Assembly: GCA_017471705.1 (NCBI GenBank)
Contig: JAFUSH010000052.1
Coordinates: 14,869-78,868 of the forward strand
DNA: 64,000 nucleotides
Direction: 5' to 3'
DNA from: Alphaproteobacteria bacterium
GTDB taxonomy: Bacteria > Pseudomonadota > Alphaproteobacteria > RF32 > CAG-239
The notes beneath the pieces were generated by a model. The model saw only the letters and a program-made list of their open reading frames with translations. It ran no database searches and was not told the DNA's origin. Position numbers and translations under genes: made by a program. Each line of letters begins with the position of its first letter. The stretch's first letter is position 1. Positions 32,083 through 38,722 of the stretch are shown here, one piece after another.

Positions 32083-34764
32083 ATGACTATTCCTGCAAGT
32101 ATGCCGGCAAAGGCCACCTATCTGGGTGATGGGGTAACGGTTAATTTTCCGGTGCCATTTATATATTTTGAAAATACCGACGGAACAAAGCAAATAAAAG
32201 TTATTCTTGCCGATGAAAATGGTGAAAATGAAGTTGTGCAGGTAGAAAATACCGACTTCACAATCACCGACGCCGGCCAAAGTAACGGAACATTAACGAT
32301 GTTAAGCGCGCCGCCGGAAGACTATATTTTAACAATCGCTTATGATATACCGGTTGAACAACTCGTTGATTGGGAGGAGTTCGGTCGCTTACCAAGCGAA
32401 AGTATAGAGGCTGCGGTTGATAAAATAACGGCAATTATAAAACAAATTTATGAAATATTGGGGCGTTGCGTTAAGGTAACAATAAGCGGCAAACAAACCC
32501 CGGAAGAGTTGCTTGCTACAGTTTATGAAAAATTAGACAGTGCAAGTGCGATTGCGGCGCAGGCAATCACTGCTGCTGATAATGCCACAACAGCGGCTAA
32601 CAATGCAACCGCGGCGGTGGCAAGTGCAGAGCAAACGCTTGAAAATGTTACAGCTTATGTTGACGCGGCAGAGGAAGAGATAAGAGAGATTAAAGCCGCA
32701 GCTGAAAGTGAGATTGACACTAAGGTTACAACCGCAAAAGGTGAGATTGACGGTGCAATATCCAGTGCTATTGAGGACGTTGAGGCGGCAGCTATTGCGG
32801 CGGCTCAAGAAGTTATTGACAGTGCGGCTGAAAGCGCAACGGAAACAGCTAAAGCAAATCTTGACACTTATGTTGATGAAACAGTTGAGCCAAGTTTGCA
32901 GTCGTTTGTTGACGCGGCGCAGGCACAAGCCGGTAGTGCGTCATCTTCTGCCTCGTCTGCGGCACAAACTTTAAGCACTATTCAAACAACAGCCGCGCAG
33001 TTTGATACGAATTATACAACAAAACTTTCGGCATTTAATCAGAACGCAACGGATAAGACAACAGCTTTTAACAGCAATGCGTCTGACAAAACAACGGCGT
33101 TTAATGATAATGCGGCGGCTAAACAAGCTCTTATTGACACAAGTGCAACCGCGGCACAAAACGCGGCAAGTGCGGCGGCAACAAGTGAAACAAACAGCGC
33201 AAATTCAGAAGAAAATGCGTATAAATCGGAATTGAAAGCGGCGGCTTATGCTGAACGCGTTAGAAGTGAGGGAATCCCTATGAGCATTATTGAAAACAAA
33301 AAAATTGAAATATCCGGCAATACGGTAAAACTTTACTGGCGCGATCCGCGTGACACGATTATTGACGGCTTTGTCTTATCGTCTTGGAAAAGCACAACGA
33401 TTGTGAAAAAACAAGGTAGTGAGCCGGAAGATATTGACGACGGCGATATTGTCGCAATCGTGACAACGCGCAATCAATACGCAAATACACCGCTTGAAGA
33501 TACACAAGCAAACGCAGAGCAATGGCATTACCGTGCATTTCCTTTATCGGTTAATGGCGTTTATTCGCTTGATAAGCGCAACATTTTCGGCACGGTGCTA
33601 TATGGGTATAGGATAAACAATGTTGATGGTGTGCCGTCATCTAAAGTTGAATATTTGCCATATTGCGATAACTACTTTTATGATCCGTGTGTTATGGATT
33701 TTCTCGGTGATAAATTTAACTGGGGTGACTGGGAAAAAGCCTTTTTTATCCCTAAACCTTGCTTGTTATCAACCGCCGGAACGGTTACATATTACCTTTC
33801 AAAGGATAACTTTAACTATCGTGAGGACGGCGTTACGGCAAGTGATGTGTCCAATTCAGGCGTAAATGGTAATTTTATGTGTGAGTTTCCGTCTATCTTT
33901 GTTAAGGTATGGGAAGAAAAGAACTATATCAACGTGCTTGTATCAAACAAAAAACTTGATGACGATTTTGAATGTTGGGCAACCAAAAAATCTGACGGCA
34001 CTTATGCTGATAACTTTTATTTACCGATGTTTGAGGGAACAAGTATCAATAATGTTATGCGCTCTATTGCCACAAACGGCAAACCTACAGGAAGCTTAAA
34101 CGCAGAAACAGAGGCGACACACGCAACCGCAAACGGCACCGGTTGGAACACAACCACTTGGGCAGATGAAATGCTTATGATGTTGCTGTTTCCGCTGTTG
34201 TTTAAGTCAACAGACAGTCAAACGGTGTTAGGATATGGTGGCTCAAGTTCTTCAAGCGCGCTGACGGTTAATAATAATGCCGCACTTGATAAGGGTTTGA
34301 TGTATGGCACAAGCGCTGGCAGTGCCTATGGTATGACTTATTTAGGCTTACATAACTGGTGGGGGCATAGGTGGCGCCGTCCTAACGGTTTAATGAATGA
34401 TAACGGCAATTATAAATTTAAGCTGACACATAGCACAGTGGACGGCTCAACCGTTACCGGTTATAATCGGAGCGGCAACGGCTATATTTCAAGCGGTGTT
34501 AGACCGCCGGAGGCAAGCGGTAGTTATATCAATTATTATCAGCCTATCGGTAAATTTGGTATAGTGCCAAAGCTGACAAGCGGCTCAAGCACAACACACT
34601 ATTGCGATGGTATGTGGACGAATAACGGACAACTGGATCAGCTTTTTCTCGGTGGCTCTGTTAATTACGGTGCTCTCTGTGGCGTTTTCGCGTTTAATGT
34701 TTACAACCTACCTTCGAACACTTATTGGTACTTCGGCGCGTCGCTCTCTTATCATCACCTTTAA
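32083..34764 (+). CDS. tail fibre / receptor-binding protein with C-terminal DGR variable region
   Basis: N-terminus ATYLGDGVTVNFPVPFIYF is like the T7-type fibre N-domain. An Ala/Thr-rich coiled shaft follows. The C-terminal ...GGSVNYGALCGVFAFNVYNLPSNTYWYFGASL pattern resembles C-type-lectin-fold VR sequences. Occupies the gp17 slot. Confidence 0.85.
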   Translation: MTIPASMPAKATYLGDGVTVNFPVPFIYFENTDGTKQIKVILADENGENEVVQVENTDFTITDAGQSNGTLTMLSAPPEDYILTIAYDIPVEQLVDWEEFGRLPSESIEAAVDKITAIIKQIYEILGRCVKVTISGKQTPEELLATVYEKLDSASAIAAQAITAADNATTAANNATAAVASAEQTLENVTAYVDAAEEEIREIKAAAESEIDTKVTTAKGEIDGAISSAIEDVEAAAIAAAQEVIDSAAESATETAKANLDTYVDETVEPSLQSFVDAAQAQAGSASSSASSAAQTLSTIQTTAAQFDTNYTTKLSAFNQNATDKTTAFNSNASDKTTAFNDNAAAKQALIDTSATAAQNAASAAATSETNSANSEENAYKSELKAAAYAERVRSEGIPMSIIENKKIEISGNTVKLYWRDPRDTIIDGFVLSSWKSTTIVKKQGSEPEDIDDGDIVAIVTTRNQYANTPLEDTQANAEQWHYRAFPLSVNGVYSLDKRNIFGTVLYGYRINNVDGVPSSKVEYLPYCDNYFYDPCVMDFLGDKFNWGDWEKAFFIPKPCLLSTAGTVTYYLSKDNFNYREDGVTASDVSNSGVNGNFMCEFPSIFVKVWEEKNYINVLVSNKKLDDDFECWATKKSDGTYADNFYLPMFEGTSINNVMRSIATNGKPTGSLNAETEATHATANGTGWNTTTWADEMLMMLLFPLLFKSTDSQTVLGYGGSSSSSALTVNNNAALDKGLMYGTSAGSAYGMTYLGLHNWWGHRWRRPNGLMNDNGNYKFKLTHSTVDGSTVTGYNRSGNGYISSGVRPPEASGSYINYYQPIGKFGIVPKLTSGSSTTHYCDGMWTNNGQLDQLFLGGSVNYGALCGVFAFNVYNLPSNTYWYFGASLSYHHL
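33031..33129 (+). repeat. Three tandem 33-nt (11-aa) repeats within the fibre shaft
   Basis: AFNQNATDKTT / AFNSNASDKTT / AFNDNAAAKQA, with synonymous differences between units. Confidence 0.7.
34641..34746 (+). repeat. DGR variable repeat (VR)
   Basis: Ungapped 106-bp alignment to 34929-35034 with 12 mismatches. Eleven of these lie opposite TR adenines. Confidence 0.9.
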
Positions 34765-34773
34765 GGGGGTTGC

Positions 34774-34795
34774 AAAGGGGGATTTCTCCCCCTTT
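34774..34795 (+). promoter_or_regulatory. GC-rich hairpin downstream of VR (DGR target-recognition element candidate)
   Basis: AAAGGGGGA-tttc-TCCCCCTTT, a perfect 9-bp stem with a 4-nt loop, 28 nt after the VR end. No T tract follows. Confidence 0.6.
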
Positions 34796-34928
34796 AGCAT
34801 TAAGCTCGGCGTTAGCCGAATCGTTTAAAATATTATTATGGAGTGCAACGAAAATTTAACCTTTTGTTGTATAAAAGATAAACGGGATTGTGTGGGCGAC
34901 CTGTCGGGCGCTGTTTTTCCCTTTTCGG

Positions 34929-35034
34929 GCTTATTCTCGGTGGCAATGTTAATAACGGTGCTATCTGTGGCGTTTTCGCGTTTAATGTTAACAACCTACC
35001 TACGAACACGAATTGGAACAACGGCGCGTCGCTC
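34929..35034 (+). repeat. DGR template repeat (TR)
   Basis: Adenine-rich invariant copy. In the VR frame it reads LILGGNVNNGAICGVFAFNVNNLPTNTNWNNGASL, with many AAC/AAT codons. Lies 124 nt upstream of the RT gene. Confidence 0.9.
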
Positions 35035-35157
35035 AACCTTATAGGTAAAAGTTCTCTATAATGCCCTATCAATTCCTTGCTAGGTATGGCAAAAATAACG
35101 CTGAAAAAGGCACGGATTAGTAGGTAATCGCTGAATACCCGTGAAGCTATAAGAGAG

Positions 35158-36291
35158 ATGAAAACATACAACGGATTGTTTGAAAAAATTGTTGATGAGA
35201 AAAATATCCAAAAGGCTATATTAAAAGCCTCTCTCGGCAAACGTAAAAAGTCAAGCGTCCGGCGCACGTTATCTCACTTAACCGAAGTGGCGCACGATTT
35301 AAGCGAACAGCTTAAAAATGGAACGTGGCGACCGTTGGATATACACCAAACCACGCAAATAAATGACGGCGTGGAGCTTAAAAAGCGGTATATCGTATGT
35401 CCGAATTTTGCACGTGAGCAATGCGTCCATCACGCTATTATGAATATTTGTGAGCCATTATTCAGAAAAAAGTTTTATAAATATAGTTGCGGCAGTGTCA
35501 AAGGGCGCGGCGGCGACCAAGCAAAGAAGTATATTGCAAAAATTATTAGGAAATATCCGGCGAAAACAAAGTATGTAGCAAAACTTGATATTAAAAAATT
35601 TTTTCATAATGTTAAGCCAAGCTATGTATTTCACGAGATACGCCGAACAATCCGCGATAAAAGAGTGTTGTGGTTGTTTGCTCTTATCCTACGTGCCAAT
35701 AAGCAAATTATTGACGGCGTGACAGTTAAGGGTGGTATTCCTATCGGCTTTTATACAAGTCCTATTTTTGCAAATATTTTACTTAACGCTTTAGATCACT
35801 ACATAAAAGAGGTTTTAGGCGTTGAGTTTTATGTCCGCTATATGGACGATATTGTTATGTTTAGCCCGAATAAGCGCAAACTTAAAAAGGCGTGTCTTGC
35901 AATACAAGGTTATATTGAGGCTCGTAAAATGAAACTCAAACCGACGTGGCAGATACACCGCTTTAGGAGTGTTAATTTTATCGGGTATCAATTCAAACGC
36001 GGTGGGCAAGTCCGGCTTAGAGATAGAGTATTTTTGAAATCTATCCGGCTGATCCGGCGCGTTTCTCGCAAAACAAAGCTGACGATATATGATTGCCTCC
36101 GTGTATTAAGTTATATGGGGCGATTTAAGGCGGCGCATACATACGCCGCATTTAAGTTGCACATTTCGCCGTATGTTAATATCAGGGAATTACGCAAGCG
36201 CGTATCTCGGCACGATAAAAAGTTAAACCAGTTAGAAAAAGAAAGGAAAGCTAATGCAATACAGGAAAGCGGAAAGCCGGCAACAGCCTAA
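35158..36291 (+). CDS. DGR reverse transcriptase
   Basis: RT motifs KRYIVCPNFAREQCVHHAI, SCGSVKGRG, LDIKKFFHNV, GIPIGFYTSPIFANILLNALDHYI and YVRYMDDIVMF (YMDD at 35839-35850). Adjacent to TR/VR. Confidence 0.9.
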   Translation: MKTYNGLFEKIVDEKNIQKAILKASLGKRKKSSVRRTLSHLTEVAHDLSEQLKNGTWRPLDIHQTTQINDGVELKKRYIVCPNFAREQCVHHAIMNICEPLFRKKFYKYSCGSVKGRGGDQAKKYIAKIIRKYPAKTKYVAKLDIKKFFHNVKPSYVFHEIRRTIRDKRVLWLFALILRANKQIIDGVTVKGGIPIGFYTSPIFANILLNALDHYIKEVLGVEFYVRYMDDIVMFSPNKRKLKKACLAIQGYIEARKMKLKPTWQIHRFRSVNFIGYQFKRGGQVRLRDRVFLKSIRLIRRVSRKTKLTIYDCLRVLSYMGRFKAAHTYAAFKLHISPYVNIRELRKRVSRHDKKLNQLEKERKANAIQESGKPATA

Positions 36292-36520
36292 AGAAATTGA
36301 ACAGGCAACCGCCGGACGTTATTATATCCGAAAAAATATCAAAAAAGAAAGCCGCACCGATGAAAAAGGAGCGGCTTTTGATTTATGGGTTTATGATGAG
36401 GCGGTGGCAAGTGAGGCAGAATATGCCGCATACTTGGCAATACAGGGCGCGGAGTTGCGCCGTGAGGCTGAAATCGTGGACGACTACACACTGCAACTTA
36501 TTGAGGAGGGCACACTATGA
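36254..36520 (+). CDS. hypothetical acidic protein (88 aa) preceding the XkdX-like gene
   Basis: ATGA overlap with the next gene. Overlaps the RT 3' end by 38 nt. C-terminus is ...EIVDDYTLQLIEEGTL. Confidence 0.5.
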   Translation: MQYRKAESRQQPKEIEQATAGRYYIRKNIKKESRTDEKGAAFDLWVYDEAVASEAEYAAYLAIQGAELRREAEIVDDYTLQLIEEGTL

Positions 36521-36660
36521 GAGTGATTGTTGAGAGCTTAAAACGTCTTTATGAACAAGGGCGATTAACAAAAGAGCAAGTTATGGAGCGTGTTGAAAAA
36601 GGCACAATTACCATAGACGAATATCATTATATTGTCGGAGATGAAGAACAAGGGGCATAA
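36517..36660 (+). CDS. XkdX-family small phage protein (47 aa)
   Basis: MRVIVESLKRLYEQGRLTKEQVMERVEKGTITIDEYHYIVGDE matches the XkdX pattern (Y..G.xTKEQV...V.KG.IT.EY..I.G). Not in the ORF track (under 60 aa). A hairpin follows at 36649-36669. Confidence 0.65.
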   Translation: MRVIVESLKRLYEQGRLTKEQVMERVEKGTITIDEYHYIVGDEEQGA

Positions 36661-36789
36661 AGCCCCTTGCACTCCGGACGTTTTTGTTTATATGTAGAAA
36701 GATTAAGATTGTAAAACAAAAATAAATATATTATTCTTTAGGTGAGCTTAATGAGTGGGGTCATTGTTTGCTTTTAAGGAATGTAAACA

Positions 36790-37227
36790 ATGACTAAAGA
36801 AAGAGATATTGATACGTTGGCGCGCACGCTTTATGGTGAGGCGCGTGGGGAGGACAGGCAAGGCAAAATCGCTGTTGCCTGCGTTGTTTTAAATAGGGTA
36901 AAAAAGCGAATTATGGCCGGTTATCGGATTATTAGCGGTATGAAAGTGCCGACGATTGACGCAACCTGCCTGAAACCGTGGCAATTTTCTTGTTGGAATG
37001 ACAACGATCCGAATAAAAAAATTATTCAAAATGTTGATTTGGCAAATAAACGCTTTGCGGAATGCTATGAAATTGCAACACTGGCCGTTAACGGAGGGCT
37101 TGAGGATATAACAAAAGGCGCAACGCATTATTATAACCCAAAGGCCTGCAATCAGCCAAAGTGGGCAAAAGGCAAAACGCCATGTGTAGTGCTTGGCCAT
37201 CATCTTTTCTTTAACAATATAGATTAA
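36790..37227 (+). CDS. endolysin, SleB-type cell-wall hydrolase (Hydrolase_2)
   Basis: LARTLYGEARGE...IAVACVVLNRV...PWQFSCWN motif series. First gene of the lysis cassette. Confidence 0.8.
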   Translation: MTKERDIDTLARTLYGEARGEDRQGKIAVACVVLNRVKKRIMAGYRIISGMKVPTIDATCLKPWQFSCWNDNDPNKKIIQNVDLANKRFAECYEIATLAVNGGLEDITKGATHYYNPKACNQPKWAKGKTPCVVLGHHLFFNNID

Positions 37228-37239
37228 GAGGGCGATGGT

Positions 37240-37587
37240 ATGCTGAAAGCAATAAAAGATTTAATTTTGGAGTTCGGATTGATCGGGTTAATTTTCGGCA
37301 CATTGTCGGTGGTCTGGTCAAAAGAGCCATTATCGCCGGCTGATAAAATCAAAAAGGTTGTTGCCTCAATTACATTAAGCCTAATTATCGGTAGTATTTG
37401 TATGGGAATTGGCGTCAATGAATATCTGACTTTTGCGATCATAGGCGGTGGTTGCAGTTTTGCTAGAGAATTTTTTGACGTATTAACTAACCTTTTAAAA
37501 TTGTTGGCCGACAAACCGCTAAACACGATCAAGCAACTGGTTGATATTATCAGAGGGGTGCGTCATGACAAAGGCCAAGATAATTGA
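37240..37587 (+). CDS. holin (3 predicted TM segments)
   Basis: Hydrophobic segments LILEFGLIGLIFGTLSVVW, VVASITLSLIIGSICMGIGV and LTFAIIGGGCSFA with a charged C-terminus. Lies between the endolysin and the spanins. Confidence 0.6.
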   Translation: MLKAIKDLILEFGLIGLIFGTLSVVWSKEPLSPADKIKKVVASITLSLIIGSICMGIGVNEYLTFAIIGGGCSFAREFFDVLTNLLKLLADKPLNTIKQLVDIIRGVRHDKGQDN

Positions 37588-37831
37588 TTTAATATTGCGC
37601 TGCGTGCTGATTATTATAGCCGTCGGTGCATTTTTCTTATGGAGCAATCACCAAGTTGAAAAACGTGTTAAAGCTGAATGTGAGCTGAAAGCGGTGCAAC
37701 AGGTGGTAATTACAACAGAGGCAAAGCAAAAGGAGGTTGAAGATGTGGCAAAGGCTAAGGCTGTTATTCATAGTAGGCCTAACGCTAACCGCGACAGCTT
37801 GCTCAACGCAATGCGTAACGGTGCATTATGA
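37565..37831 (+). CDS. i-spanin (Rz-like)
   Basis: N-terminal TM LILRCVLIIIAVGAFFLW followed by a coiled-coil periplasmic domain. Overlaps the o-spanin gene. Confidence 0.65.
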   Translation: MTKAKIIDLILRCVLIIIAVGAFFLWSNHQVEKRVKAECELKAVQQVVITTEAKQKEVEDVAKAKAVIHSRPNANRDSLLNAMRNGAL

Positions 37832-37973
37832 TTTTTGTCCGGTCTATCCGGTGGCCGGTAAAGCGGTGGCTGACGAATTAGAAAACGCCAGTATTGACGA
37901 CTATCCGGCAACATGGGAGTGGATCGGCCGAATTGATAAATTAAGGCAGGAGCTTGAAATATGTCAAAAGTAA
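37737..37973 (+). CDS. o-spanin (Rz1-like outer-membrane lipoprotein), overlapped architecture
   Basis: Signal peptide MKMWQRLRLLFIVGLTLTATA-C with a lipobox-like TATAC. Starts in a different frame inside the i-spanin 3' end and extends beyond it. Confidence 0.6.
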   Translation: MKMWQRLRLLFIVGLTLTATACSTQCVTVHYDFCPVYPVAGKAVADELENASIDDYPATWEWIGRIDKLRQELEICQK

Positions 37974-38167
37974 ATGTTTGGATTTATTGGCCTAACCGGA
38001 GGCAAAAGGTCGATCCTGAATTGTGCTATACGCCACAAGGGCAATCTTTTCATGAGTGGCAACGCGATCAGGAGGAGGCTTATCAATATAAAGTTGAGCT
38101 GATTAAGCGCAAACTTGAGGCGGCCAGAAAACCGAACAAGCATTTTGTGGAGGATTATTGGCGATGA
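37961..38167 (+). CDS. hypothetical protein (68 aa)
   Basis: ORF overlapping the o-spanin stop. Confidence 0.45.
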   Translation: MSKVNVWIYWPNRRQKVDPELCYTPQGQSFHEWQRDQEEAYQYKVELIKRKLEAARKPNKHFVEDYWR

Positions 38168-38514
38168 AAGAAGAAAGGATCCCTTTCCCTGACTATCCAC
38201 CGGAAGAGCAGGAAAAAGACGCGCAACGCGCAAAGCAAATAAAAATGATACGGCACGCATACCTTATGAAAATCAGTGGCGAATGGGCGCATTTTATAAT
38301 AAGCCAAGGTGGTGAGAATATAGACTTTTATGAGGATATGAAACTGCCGGAAGTTTGCGCAAAATTAAAGCGTAAATTTCCCGATTATCAGCCGCGCGTG
38401 ATTATGAATGAGGGGCTTGAGAATTATTTGCGTGATCAAAGGCCTAGAATTATGCGCGGCCGTAACAAACAATTAACAATTAACTTTAACGGAGGGCAAA
38501 ATAATGAGCGATAA
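38164..38514 (+). CDS. hypothetical protein (116 aa)
   Basis: ATG at 38164 lies 9 nt after GGAGG. The ORF-track start at 38158 is a TTG too close to the RBS. Confidence 0.5.
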   Translation: MKEERIPFPDYPPEEQEKDAQRAKQIKMIRHAYLMKISGEWAHFIISQGGENIDFYEDMKLPEVCAKLKRKFPDYQPRVIMNEGLENYLRDQRPRIMRGRNKQLTINFNGGQNNER

Positions 38515-38722
38515 TATTGAGTTGAAAGACGAAGAACGGCAAAAATGTGAGATTTGGACACGTGTCATGGGTTATCATCGGCCGGTGTCTGAATTTAACA
38601 AAGGCAAGAAGTCTGAATATTACAGCCGCAAGTGTTTTACGGAGGCAAATGCGGTGGCCGGAATTGAAAAAATAGAGGTTCAGGCCTCTTCTGATTGTGG
38701 CTGTTCAATAGCAGCTGAATAG
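38504..38722 (+). CDS. stand-alone NrdD-type glycyl-radical domain protein (72 aa)
   Basis: CEIWTRVMGYHRPVSEFNKGKKSEYYSRKCF matches the C-terminal glycyl-radical segment of class III ribonucleotide reductases (R-x-x-G-Y ... N-x-G-K-x-x-E ... R). Confidence 0.6.
   Translation: MSDNIELKDEERQKCEIWTRVMGYHRPVSEFNKGKKSEYYSRKCFTEANAVAGIEKIEVQASSDCGCSIAAE

Noticed and set aside
34607-35044. ORFs 34607-34828 and 34838-35044, whose translations resemble each other (..LITVLSVAFSRLM..).
   Set aside because: The resemblance arises only because they read VR and TR in a non-fibre frame. They are by-products of the DGR repeats, not paralogous genes.
34836-35267. The minus-strand 143-aa ORF spanning TR and the RT start, considered as a possible Avd.
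   Set aside because: It is antisense to TR and to the RT 5' end, has hydrophobic irregular composition and no helical-bundle character, and has no RBS. It is most likely spurious.
36297-36533. The 78-aa basic ORF overlapping the 88-aa ORF in another frame.
   Set aside because: The alternative frame (36254-36520) ends in an ATGA overlap with the XkdX-like gene and has protein-like composition. The 78-aa frame looks like a shadow.
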